54,378 nt of DNA, taken from assembly GCA_964541465.1 (NCBI GenBank), contig CAZIQO010000003.1:1-54378 (forward strand). The letters are read 5' to 3'. Within the stretch, counting starts at the first letter, position 1. Every line of letters starts with the position of its first letter. The stretch comes from an uncultured Oscillospiraceae bacterium. GTDB taxonomy: Bacteria; Bacillota; Clostridia; Christensenellales; CAG-138. Both the position numbers and the translations under genes were made by a program. A model generated the notes under the pieces. It had not been told where the DNA came from and did not search any database. It saw only the letters and a list, made by a program, of their open reading frames with translations. This document shows, piece by piece, positions 18,954-27,754 of this stretch.

Positions 18954-18999
18954 GGCTGCCGCAGGATAGCCGCAAGGCGAGGGGCGGCAGCCCTTTTTT
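18954..18999 (+). terminator. Rho-independent terminator / attenuator between the S-component gene and the amidohydrolase
   Basis: GGCTGCCGC...GCGGCAGCC stem followed by CTTTTTT. The amidohydrolase RBS and ATG begin only about 14 nt later. Confidence 0.65.
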
Positions 19000-19012
19000 A
19001 TGGAGAACGATC

Positions 19013-20338
19013 ATGAAAACACTGCTCAAATGTGCGGACGCCGTCGTCCGGAGTGCGGACCGGGTGCTGCTTAGCGCCGATCTTCTGATGGCGGACGGAC
19101 GCGTCGAAGCCGTGGGCCGAAATCTGTCCGCGCCCGACGCGGAGACGGTCGACTGCTCGGGCATGCTGCTTTGCCCCGGGTTTATCAACCTGCACACCCA
19201 CGTTTACCAGAGCATGCTCAAGGGCCGGCGGGACGATCTGACGCTTGCGCCGTGGTGCAACGAGGTGACCTTCCCGTTCGTGGGCGTGGCGCTGGCGCAT
19301 GCAAAGGACAAGGAGGACCCGCTCCCGTACCATTACGGCATGCTGGCCGGCATCGAACAGCTCCACAGCGGCATCACCGCGTTCGTGGCCATGGACATGA
19401 TCTCCGACGCGTTGTTTCGCTCCTGGGAGGAACTCGGCGTGCGCGGCGTGGGCGCCGTGCAGAGCGCCAACCGCTGGATCCCGGACGAATTCGTGCAGCC
19501 GGACGAGAAGATGATCGAGGGAATCGAGCGCCTGATCGACCGCTGGGACGGTCGCGGGCTGCTGCGCACGGCCATCGCGCCCAGCACGCCGTTCTGCTGC
19601 ACGCCGGCTTTTCTGCAGATGCTGGGCGAACTGGCGGACCGCAGGAAGCAGTTTCTGTGCATCCACGTTGGGGAGACGCGCACCGAGATGGCCGAATCCC
19701 TGCGGGATACCGGCATGACGCCCGTGGGCTATCTGGACAGTCTTGGCTTTCTGGACCGTCCCGTGCTCGCAGTGCACTGCGTCCACCTTTCCGATGCGGA
19801 CGTCGAAACCGTGCGGGAAAAGCCCGTCACGATCTGCCATAACCCCAAGAGCAACTTAAAGCTCGGCAGCGGCGTCGCGCCCGTCGCGCGGTATGTGCGC
19901 GAGGGCATCCCGGTGGCGGTCGGCACCGACGGCGCGGCCAGCAACGATCTGCTGGACATGTTCGAGGAGATGCGCACGGCCCTGCTGCTGCAGAAGGGCG
20001 TAAATGGGGACCCGGCCGCGCTCTCGCCGAAGGACGTGTTCCGCATGGCAACCGAAACGCCCGCGCGGGCGCTGGGGCTGGATGCGGGCGTGCTCGAACC
20101 CGGCCGGCAGGCGGACGTGCTGTGCGTGGACATGCGTTCGGCAAACTGCGCCTGCGGCGGGGACCCGCTCACGACGCTGGTTTACTGCGCCAAGGCCGCG
20201 GACGTGGTCAACGTCTACATTGCGGGCAGGGCGGTTATGAAGGACCGGGTCATCACCACCGTGAACGAAAAGGAAGCCGTGTCCCGCGCGATTCAAATCG
20301 GGGAACGGCGCCTCGCGGAGGCGTTCGGCGGCAGATAA
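19013..20338 (+). CDS. Amidohydrolase-superfamily deaminase/chlorohydrolase (MtaD / guanine-deaminase-like family)
   Basis: 441 aa: PGFINLHTHVYQS (metal HxH), ...HVGET..E, ...LAVHCVHLS..., ...GTDGAASN... The substrate cannot be assigned from sequence. Confidence 0.85.
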   Translation: MKTLLKCADAVVRSADRVLLSADLLMADGRVEAVGRNLSAPDAETVDCSGMLLCPGFINLHTHVYQSMLKGRRDDLTLAPWCNEVTFPFVGVALAHAKDKEDPLPYHYGMLAGIEQLHSGITAFVAMDMISDALFRSWEELGVRGVGAVQSANRWIPDEFVQPDEKMIEGIERLIDRWDGRGLLRTAIAPSTPFCCTPAFLQMLGELADRRKQFLCIHVGETRTEMAESLRDTGMTPVGYLDSLGFLDRPVLAVHCVHLSDADVETVREKPVTICHNPKSNLKLGSGVAPVARYVREGIPVAVGTDGAASNDLLDMFEEMRTALLLQKGVNGDPAALSPKDVFRMATETPARALGLDAGVLEPGRQADVLCVDMRSANCACGGDPLTTLVYCAKAADVVNVYIAGRAVMKDRVITTVNEKEAVSRAIQIGERRLAEAFGGR

Positions 20339-21245
20339 AAATCAGGATAGTAGAACAAGCTAACATCTTGTTGGGAATTTATTCCATATTAAAGCAACTT
20401 GATGTTTTTTGCCAATAGCCAATAAAAGGTTTGCTACTGTTATGGTCAATGGAAATCAGGAAACCACTGCTAGACTTTATTCTTTTCAGCAAAATAAATA
20501 TTACAAATTAATTATATGCGAAGATACTCTAAATGAGAGTTCAAACTGAAAAAGTGATCTGCTATATCTTTCAATTCAGATGACGCGTGATTCCAGAAGC
20601 ATACATTAAATTCAATTCCCCGCTTTTTTATACTTTCAGCAACAGGAACATAATCACGATCGCCTGCGACTAAAACAACATCATCTTGCCTTGGTCGTAT
20701 ACTCGTATAAGAATCTTCCATAATTTTTGTACCAATCCCCATGTCTATTTTCTTTTCTTTATTAGTAAAATAGCTTCTATCTTCAGTAATCACTTCAAAA
20801 CCAGCACGACGGGCGGCTCCCCATAAAGAGTCAGTAACAGGAGGTTTAGAGCCGAATAGCATAGCACGACCAATATTAGACATATCGCCAACTGTAAATT
20901 GAAGTAGTTTTCCGAAATCATAATTCCAATCAGGATCACAAATCTTATTACTCATTGCTTGCTTTAGATCAATTGCCATACCTTTTTTAACCGCTGACAA
21001 GTGCTTTCCTTCGATCCAAACATTTGAATTGTCAACATAAACATATGTACTCATAATATCCTCCCATGCGAACAACTTACTATAGTACAAACAGTATATT
21101 ATAGTATTTAGCAATTCGCAAGCATGAGCAAACATGTTGTATGAAACAGAAAAAGTTAATTTACTACAATCGTTAATGGTCGCTTGCTTTGTAAGGAATA
21201 TTAAGGACTTAAAATATATCATTACTCTATAGTTGCGATTTTGGA
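20339..21245. other. AT-rich islet (putative horizontally acquired ~0.9-kb insertion)
   Basis: Composition drops abruptly right at the amidohydrolase stop codon (20338) and returns to high G+C about 25-35 nt inside the 3' end of the GH2 gene. Confidence 0.7.
20512..21054 (-). CDS. NYN-domain (LabA/PIN-like nuclease fold) protein
   Basis: 180 aa from MSTYVYVDNSNVWIEG (RBS GGGAGGA). It has NYN-type acidic motifs VDNSN, KKIDMGI and LVAGDRDYVP. The track ORF extends upstream into unrelated frame sequence. Confidence 0.8.
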   Translation of the reverse strand: MSTYVYVDNSNVWIEGKHLSAVKKGMAIDLKQAMSNKICDPDWNYDFGKLLQFTVGDMSNIGRAMLFGSKPPVTDSLWGAARRAGFEVITEDRSYFTNKEKKIDMGIGTKIMEDSYTSIRPRQDDVVLVAGDRDYVPVAESIKKRGIEFNVCFWNHASSELKDIADHFFSLNSHLEYLRI

Positions 21246-23672
21246 CGGATTCTGGATACACTTTACCGCACGTGCCGTTTGAACGTTCAGACGGAGCGTC
21301 TGCGCGCCGAAGCGCGGGGACGAAACCGTCAGGCGGATCTCGCCCGGGCCTTTCGACTTGACCCAGAAGGCCGCGGAGCCGCCCGTCAGCGCGATCGTCT
21401 CCGGTCCGATGATCTCTCCGGCGCCCTCGATCCCGAGCCGTACGGCCTCGTTGGAATACCGCAGCACGCCGCCGAACGAATCGACGTGCTCGATCACCAC
21501 CCGGCATACGTCGTAGGTTTCGTCCTCCGTGAGCGTTTCGCAGTCGGGCCGGACGCGCAGACCGCCGGAAACCGCCGGACCCTTCGTGTGGGAAACGGCG
21601 AGCTTGTCCCCGACGTATCCGTCGAAGCGGTACTCCGTGGACTCGCTGCCCCAGCCCTGGATATAGCGCGTGAACAGATCGACCGCGTCCTGATAGGACA
21701 GACGGTGTTTGAGCATCTGCGCCGCCATGGTCAGCTTCACGCCGAGCGGCAGCGACAGGCCGCCGTAGCGCGCGACCGCGTGGAGGACCCGCTTGATCCG
21801 TTCCGCGTCGCGCCTGCCGAATCCCTCGCCGCGTTCCAGCGCGTCGCCGATGAAATCCGAAACGACCACCGGCGGATGCGGCAGGTGCGGAAACTGCGCG
21901 CGATCGGGAAGACAGGCGCCGATGAACACGCCGTTTTTATAGACCCTGACGGAATCGCAGTTTGTAAAGACATATACATTTCCGAGATCGGCGCCCGGCA
22001 ACTCGCCCGGATTCATCGAGGACGCGACCTCGAGCACGGGCGTTTCGTCCTGCTGGGAACGGTACGCCGCGGCGGCTTCCTTGGGCAGGCGGAACATGTC
22101 CATGACCCCGTGGTAGCAGATCCGGTCGCCGCTGCCGAAATCACTGTGCGTATTGTAGTCGTTCATGCACCAGCCGATCGCGCCCGCGATGCCGGACGTG
22201 CCGTACATCGCGTCCAGCACGCGCAAATGCCGCAGCGCGTGTTCGGCGCGTTTCTCCTCGCAGTCGAACTTCTTTGTGGGGAACATATGGCCGTTGTGCT
22301 CGGTGACGAGGTACGGCACGCGGCCGTGCGCGATCTTCTCCGGCGGTTCGAGTGCCTTGTTTTTGCCGCTGTGCACAAAATCGTTGTAGGTGTAGACGTC
22401 CTCGAGCAGACGGCTGCCGGCAAAGTTCCGTACGCCGCCCGTCTGCCGCGTGGGATCGAGCCGCCGGGCCAGCGCGTTCGTCGCCTCGTAGAGCGCGTCG
22501 TCGTCCTGCGATTCGTTGACGCGCACGCCCCATAGCACGATGGACGGATGGTTCCGGTCCCGCGTGATCATCTCCTCCTCGGCCCGAAGCAGGTTCCGCT
22601 TCCATGCTTCGCCGCCGATGTGCTGCCAGCCGGGGATCTCCTCGAACACGAGCAGGCCCAGCTCGTCGCACCGGTCGAGGAAGTGCTTCGACTGCGGGTA
22701 GTGCGAGGTGCGGACGATCTGCACGCCCAGCTCGCGCTTGAGGATCTCCGCGTCGCGGTACTGGGCGCTCTTCGGCATCGCGTAGCCGACGTATGGATAG
22801 CTCTGGTGCCGGTTCAATCCCCGGAGCTTGATTTTTTCGCCGTTTAGAAAGAATCCGTCCGGCGTGAAGCGCGCGTCCCGGAACCCGAAGCGGACCGAAC
22901 GCTCGTCGACGGACTCGCCGTTCTCTGTGATCCGCAGCGCGAGCGTGTACAGATTGGGCTGCGAAAGGCTCCAGAGCGACACGTCGCCGGCGTCGAACGA
23001 GACGGAGATCGTTTCCTGCGCCGCGCCGGACAAGCGGACGGACTGTTCGTACGCGGCCGCGGCGCCGTCCTTTCCCGTCAGCTCGAAGCGCAGCGTAAGT
23101 TCGCGCGGCCCGCCCGACGCGTTGTCGAGCGTAACGTCCGCTTCCACACGCCATGCGCCGGTTTCCGAACGAGGCGTCTTTACAGACACATCGCGCGCAA
23201 AAACGGAGCCCACGTACTCGAGCCATACCTCGCGGTAGATGCCGCCGTAGGCAAGATAGTCCATCACGGATCCGAACGGGGGGATGTCCGCGCGCTCGGT
23301 GGAATCCACGCGGACCGCCAGCACGTTGTCGTCGTCCCGCGCAAAATCGGTCAACTCGCAGACGAACGGCGTGTAACCGCCCGCGTGCCCGCCGACCGGC
23401 TTTCCGTTGAGGCAGACGTCCGCGGCGGCCATCACGCCCTCGAAGTGCAGCAGGATGCGCCGTCCGGGCCGCCGCTCGAGGACGAGGTGCCGCCGGTAGC
23501 AGCTGACGAACTGATACGCCTTTTCATCGAAATTATTATAGGGCAGTTCCAGATTGACGTGCGGCAGGCGCACCAAAGCAAGGCCGGACTCGTCGAACTC
23601 CGGCAGCATGCAGCCCTCCCGGTATGCGGGAAGATACCGCCAGCCGTCGTTGAGGGGGATCACCGTTCGCAT
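21222..23672 (-). CDS. Glycoside hydrolase family 2 (beta-galactosidase/beta-glucuronidase-like)
   Basis: 816 aa from MRTVIPLNDGWRY (RBS AAGGAGG), with GH2 motifs NLYTL, RTSHYP, NHPSIVLWG and NES. The track ORF's extra 94 aa run through repeat copy 3. Confidence 0.9.
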   Translation of the reverse strand: MRTVIPLNDGWRYLPAYREGCMLPEFDESGLALVRLPHVNLELPYNNFDEKAYQFVSCYRRHLVLERRPGRRILLHFEGVMAAADVCLNGKPVGGHAGGYTPFVCELTDFARDDDNVLAVRVDSTERADIPPFGSVMDYLAYGGIYREVWLEYVGSVFARDVSVKTPRSETGAWRVEADVTLDNASGGPRELTLRFELTGKDGAAAAYEQSVRLSGAAQETISVSFDAGDVSLWSLSQPNLYTLALRITENGESVDERSVRFGFRDARFTPDGFFLNGEKIKLRGLNRHQSYPYVGYAMPKSAQYRDAEILKRELGVQIVRTSHYPQSKHFLDRCDELGLLVFEEIPGWQHIGGEAWKRNLLRAEEEMITRDRNHPSIVLWGVRVNESQDDDALYEATNALARRLDPTRQTGGVRNFAGSRLLEDVYTYNDFVHSGKNKALEPPEKIAHGRVPYLVTEHNGHMFPTKKFDCEEKRAEHALRHLRVLDAMYGTSGIAGAIGWCMNDYNTHSDFGSGDRICYHGVMDMFRLPKEAAAAYRSQQDETPVLEVASSMNPGELPGADLGNVYVFTNCDSVRVYKNGVFIGACLPDRAQFPHLPHPPVVVSDFIGDALERGEGFGRRDAERIKRVLHAVARYGGLSLPLGVKLTMAAQMLKHRLSYQDAVDLFTRYIQGWGSESTEYRFDGYVGDKLAVSHTKGPAVSGGLRVRPDCETLTEDETYDVCRVVIEHVDSFGGVLRYSNEAVRLGIEGAGEIIGPETIALTGGSAAFWVKSKGPGEIRLTVSSPRFGAQTLRLNVQTARAVKCIQNPSKIATIE

Positions 23673-23830
23673 GGGGGACCTCCTTTGCCGAACCATCGGG
23701 CGATTCGTTTTTGTACGGAATCCGCGGCAAACCGCGCGTTTGCGGCAGCCGCGCAGGAACGCCGGATGCATTGATTCAGTATACCATGCGGCTGTGCCGC
23801 CGGAAAAGGCGCATTTTATGGCGCGGGCGC

Positions 23831-23967
23831 CAGCTTGTCGATAACGGTCCTGAAAACCCATTTCCGCAAGCGACTTCGAACAGGGCGCTTGCGGGATCAG
23901 AAATTCCCAAGGGACGTGTCCCTTGGGTGGGGTGCAGGGGTGAATCCCCTGCAAAAGAACTTTTTAA
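23831..23967 (-). repeat. Multi-hairpin intergenic repeat element, copy 3 (internally deleted, reverse orientation)
   Basis: The reverse complement aligns with copies 1, 2 and 4 through the third hairpin. It then jumps to the conserved end GTTATCGACAAGC and lacks the AGGGCCGTTACGGCCCT module. It starts 16 nt after the MFS stop, co-oriented with that gene. Confidence 0.85.
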
Positions 23968-23983
23968 CGGACCGGCGCCCGCC

Positions 23984-25225
23984 TTACTGAAGCGACGCGC
24001 TCCGGGATGAGAGCAGGTAGAGCGGGATGGAGACGAGCTGCGCCGCGACGGACACCGCGATCATGACCGGGATGCTGACGTCGTAGAGCACGCCGAGCAG
24101 CCAGCTTCCCAGGAACCAGAAGATGCCGAACGCGCACTCGAAGATGCCGTATCCCGTGGCGCGGCTGTTTTTCGGCACGATCTTCGACACGGCGGCCTTG
24201 AGAATGGACTCCTGCGCGCCCATGCCGACGCCCCACATCGCGATGCCGATCAGCAGCAGCGGTATGGATTCGGACGCGAAGATGAACAGCGCGAACGGCG
24301 CGGAGATCGCCGTCGAGAGCACGAGCGCCCGCACGCCCTTCTTATCGTACATCAGCCCGAAGATCAGCGCGGCGACGGCGTCCACCAGCATCGCGCCGGC
24401 GTACAGCAGCGGCAGCGTTCCGGTGTTGATGAGCGACCCGGTGTCCGAAAGGCCCGAAGCGATTTCGGAAAAGTGGTTGGACACGTGCATGATGACCAGC
24501 GAGTAGTCGATAAAACCGAACGCAAAGAGACTGATGCCCGCGATATACAGCACGAATTCCTTCCTGAGCCGGAAGGGGACGTACTCCTTCGGCTCCGGCT
24601 CGAAGCGCTCCGGGTTCGGGAACTTCCGCCGGGTGACGAACAGCATGATCATCGTGGCAATGGCGGGGAGCAGGAGAACGGCGAAGCAGAAGGAGTAGAT
24701 CTGGAAGGTCGTCCCGTCGGTCTTGAAGAGCATGATGAGGTAGAGCAGGACCGGCCCGAGGAACGCCCCGATCTGGTCGAGCAGTTCCTGTATGGCGAAG
24801 CTCTTGCCCGCGCCCTCCTGCGAGGCGGCGAACGACATGATGGTGTTCTTTGCCGGTTTCTTGACCGCCTTGCCCACCCGTTCGAGCACGATGAATACGC
24901 ACGCGAGGATCCAGCCGTGCTCGCCGACCAGCGCCAGAGCGGGTACGGCGAACACGTCGATCGCGTAGCCGACTATGGTCATGGGCCAGTACTGCTTCGT
25001 CTTGTCGGTGAATTTGCCGAAGAGGAAGCGCAGGGAATACCCGAGCAACTCGCCCAGGCCGGAGACGAATCCGATCGTCGCCGCGGAGGCGCCCAGCAGG
25101 GAAAGATACGCGCCGCGGATGCTGGAAGCGCCCTCGTGCGTCATGTCGGAAAGCAGGCTTACGATGCCGAAGAGAAGGATGAACGCCATGGCCGGCGTAA
25201 GGGAACGCAGTTTGTTTTTCTTCAT
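23984..25225 (-). CDS. MFS transporter
   Basis: 413 aa with 12 TM segments; typical MFS loop motifs. Confidence 0.85.
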   Translation of the reverse strand: MKKNKLRSLTPAMAFILLFGIVSLLSDMTHEGASSIRGAYLSLLGASAATIGFVSGLGELLGYSLRFLFGKFTDKTKQYWPMTIVGYAIDVFAVPALALVGEHGWILACVFIVLERVGKAVKKPAKNTIMSFAASQEGAGKSFAIQELLDQIGAFLGPVLLYLIMLFKTDGTTFQIYSFCFAVLLLPAIATMIMLFVTRRKFPNPERFEPEPKEYVPFRLRKEFVLYIAGISLFAFGFIDYSLVIMHVSNHFSEIASGLSDTGSLINTGTLPLLYAGAMLVDAVAALIFGLMYDKKGVRALVLSTAISAPFALFIFASESIPLLLIGIAMWGVGMGAQESILKAAVSKIVPKNSRATGYGIFECAFGIFWFLGSWLLGVLYDVSIPVMIAVSVAAQLVSIPLYLLSSRSASLQ

Positions 25226-25244
25226 CCGAACGGATCCTCGATTC

Positions 25245-25724
25245 TCATGGTTCCGGCTCGCCTTCGCGCCCGGCGATATACGCGGCGACCAGGCGGAAAC
25301 CGGCTTTGCTTTCGGTTTTGCATTTTCGGTACAGTTCGTCCAGCGTTTCGGTGAAGGCCGCCTTCTTCTCGTCCGGAAGATCCGCCGTCAGCCATTCGTA
25401 AAACCAGGCTTCCATGGAGGCGCGGGAGTTTTTCAGCTTATCCGCTTTCGGCGTGGCGAACAGCAGGCGGCTCCGCCCGTCCGCCGGGTTTGGCGTGCGC
25501 ACGAGGAAGCCCTTCGCCTCCAGATTCGCCGCCCGGCGCGCGGACGCGCCCTTGTCCAGCCCGAGCCGTTCGCGTACGCCCGCCTGCGTGATGCCGGGGT
25601 TTTTCCGGACCACGTGCAGAAATTCATATTCCGACGTACCGACGCCGCTGCCCTTTAAGGACAGATTGATGAACCGGTTAACCTCCCGGCCGATCTTGGT
25701 GATCTTTCGCTGCGTAACGTCCAT
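25245..25724 (-). CDS. MarR-family transcriptional regulator
   Basis: 159 aa from MDVTQRK, with a winged-helix region GITQAGVRERLGLDKGASARRAANLEAKGFLVR. It lies 19 nt upstream of the MFS gene. Confidence 0.85.
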   Translation of the reverse strand: MDVTQRKITKIGREVNRFINLSLKGSGVGTSEYEFLHVVRKNPGITQAGVRERLGLDKGASARRAANLEAKGFLVRTPNPADGRSRLLFATPKADKLKNSRASMEAWFYEWLTADLPDEKKAAFTETLDELYRKCKTESKAGFRLVAAYIAGREGEPEP

Positions 25725-25980
25725 GGCGCGGCCGCCTTTCGATAAAAGGATGCATGTGCAACTAATTATAATAGACGCAATTCTGGGAAAGTCAATAGTC
25801 CGGATAAAAAAGATATCGGTCCGGCGGATTCGGCAGAATAAAACCGCCCGCAACGATGAGCGGCCGGCGGCGGTATCTTTAAATTTTCTATGGATATATT
25901 ACCACAAAACGGCTCTAAAAACAAGTCTTGTTCGTTCCCGCGGCGGGGGATATGCTGACCGGGGAAGGAAGTGTGCGCGC

Positions 25981-26451
25981 ATGAACGGACCGGATGAACC
26001 GGGCGGGACATATGAACTGAGCGTGATCGGCCCGGCGCAGCGGCGGCTGACGAAAGAGCTTCGCGCCTGCAATGCGCTTACCGCCCGATACGGCCTTATG
26101 CTGCCGGAGGCCGCGATTGGCGCGCTGGCGCAAAAGCGCGCCGACGCGCTCTCGGAAACCGGGCGCGTGGAATTCGGGGAGAGCGTGATTCCGAAGCTGA
26201 TCGAGGCGTTCTGCGATTCGCCGTATCTGATGCAGGACGAATACGAGGCCGTGCTGGGCGAACTGACCGACGCGTTTTATTACTTTAAAAACGAATCCTT
26301 CGATCTGCTTACGGACGACGAGCTGATCGCGGCCATGCGCACGAGCTACGACGAATCGGGCGGCTCGGTCGACGCGGTGATCGGAACGTCGCTGGAAACG
26401 CTCTGCCGCGGCAGGCGGTTCGGGGAGGAGACGGACGGGGATGACGGATGA
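25981..26451 (+). CDS. Hypothetical acidic cytoplasmic protein (conserved-looking, no assignable function)
   Basis: 156 aa from ATG 25981 with no TM segments. Codon usage and composition are consistent with the host. It overlaps the next ORF by 11 nt. Confidence 0.6.
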   Translation: MNGPDEPGGTYELSVIGPAQRRLTKELRACNALTARYGLMLPEAAIGALAQKRADALSETGRVEFGESVIPKLIEAFCDSPYLMQDEYEAVLGELTDAFYYFKNESFDLLTDDELIAAMRTSYDESGGSVDAVIGTSLETLCRGRRFGEETDGDDG

Positions 26452-27670
26452 CCTTATGCCGATGCGTTCACCGCAGATGCGGACCATGGACGCGGCGGAG
26501 AGGAAGGCGTTCGGGGAGAGCGTGCTGGCGCTGCTTGCCGAGCGCGCCGGCCGCTATACCATGGGGGACAGCGGTTCCGTGCGCGTGGAAACGGCAAAAC
26601 GGCTGCTGAACGGGATTCTCTACTGCGTCGATCTGCATCTGCGCGCCCATTCGGACGCCGACGCGTCCGCATCCTCCGTCCGGCGGCTCTACGAGGCGGG
26701 CGTGCGGGACGTGGAACGGCTGGTTCGCCGCGGACGGCTGCTGCTGAAACAGGCCGAGACGGCCCGGCCGCCCGTTGAGAATATTGCCTTCCGGGATACG
26801 CTCGCCGCGCTGCCGGCGTTTTTTTGCCGGTACGACGCGGCCTTCTTTGCGCACGAGATTCCGTGCGACATCGACTATCCGCTCTGTCGGCCCGCTGCGG
26901 AAACGCTGCGCGGCGTGGAATACGTCAACGACTATCTAAGAAGGCTGCTTACGGAAAGTGCGTTTCTTCGCCGGTTCGACGGCGACATGCTCCGGCTGCT
27001 TTACGAACGGTATTACGGGGACTTCGACGGGCTGCCGGTCAATCTGTATACGCCCGCGGCGGATGCCGCCGTTGGACGCGCGCTCGCGGACCGATCCGTG
27101 CAAAGGCTGTTTCTGGACGCGGCGGACGCCGCCGCCGTTCGGCGGCGCTTTGCCGGACGAACCGACGAGGACGGGCGGAGGATGCTTGCGGATGCTGCTG
27201 CGGCCGTCTGCCGCGAGCTCTCCATCGAAAGCGCGTCGGCCAGAGCGTATCTGAGCGGGACCGCGCTCGACCTGCTGCCGCGCATCCGGGCGGCCGGCGG
27301 CGCGCCGGATACAGGCGGCGTGTTCGTTTCGCAAAACGACGGAACGCCCACCGCCGGAACGGACGACGTTTTTACGGACGGACCCATGATGGACGACGAA
27401 TCGCTGCGCCGCCTGATCGGCAGACTGCAGGACTGCCGATCCGTCTCCGGCCGGCTCGCAATGGTCCGGCGCGGGGTGCGCTCCCTGCGGGACCTCGTGG
27501 AGATCCTCGACGCCGTGCCGGACGACGCGCTGCACGCTGCGCTGATCGGTTCGCTCGACCGGCGGGAACGGCGCGTGCTCGCCCGGCTCGCGGCGGAGCG
27601 CGCCGACGGCGGGGAAACGGAAAACGGCTGGGACCGCCTGATTCTGCACATGGAAAACGGGGATAGGTGA
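26441..27670 (+). CDS. Hypothetical protein, translationally coupled partner of the 25981 gene
   Basis: 409 aa, helical-looking, Arg/Ala/Asp-rich, with no TM segments. The start is uncertain: ATG at 26441, 26456 and 26462 are all in frame. Confidence 0.6.
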   Translation: MTDDLMPMRSPQMRTMDAAERKAFGESVLALLAERAGRYTMGDSGSVRVETAKRLLNGILYCVDLHLRAHSDADASASSVRRLYEAGVRDVERLVRRGRLLLKQAETARPPVENIAFRDTLAALPAFFCRYDAAFFAHEIPCDIDYPLCRPAAETLRGVEYVNDYLRRLLTESAFLRRFDGDMLRLLYERYYGDFDGLPVNLYTPAADAAVGRALADRSVQRLFLDAADAAAVRRRFAGRTDEDGRRMLADAAAAVCRELSIESASARAYLSGTALDLLPRIRAAGGAPDTGGVFVSQNDGTPTAGTDDVFTDGPMMDDESLRRLIGRLQDCRSVSGRLAMVRRGVRSLRDLVEILDAVPDDALHAALIGSLDRRERRVLARLAAERADGGETENGWDRLILHMENGDR

Positions 27671-27719
27671 TTCAGCCGGCCGCCGGCGCGGGAGCCTGCG
27701 TTCTGCCGGCATAAAAAAC

Positions 27720-27746
27720 GGGCAAAGCGGATGAACCGCTTTGCCC
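27720..27746. terminator. Hairpin GGGCAAAGCGG-ATGAA-CCGCTTTGCCC (left copy)
   Basis: 11-bp stem preceded by AAAAAAC. A near-identical copy lies at 27942-27968, on the other side of repeat copy 4. Confidence 0.6.
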
Positions 27747-27754
27747 GCAGGCTG

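Noticed and set aside
23673-23954. N-terminal extension of the GH2 ORF, and the recurring peptide-like translation (L)QG(F/I)HPCTPPKGH(I/V)PWE seen in several track ORFs
   Set aside because: The 'peptide' is the translation of the intergenic repeat element. The copies differ by indels that break the frame, they occur in different frames and strands relative to neighbouring genes, and GH2 has a proper RBS and start at 23672.
25725-25980. Imperfect palindrome TGCAACTAATTATAATAGACGCA overlapping a TATAAT box upstream of marR, considered as the MarR operator
   Set aside because: Only about 7 of 11 arm positions pair. That is too weak to annotate without binding data or comparative support.
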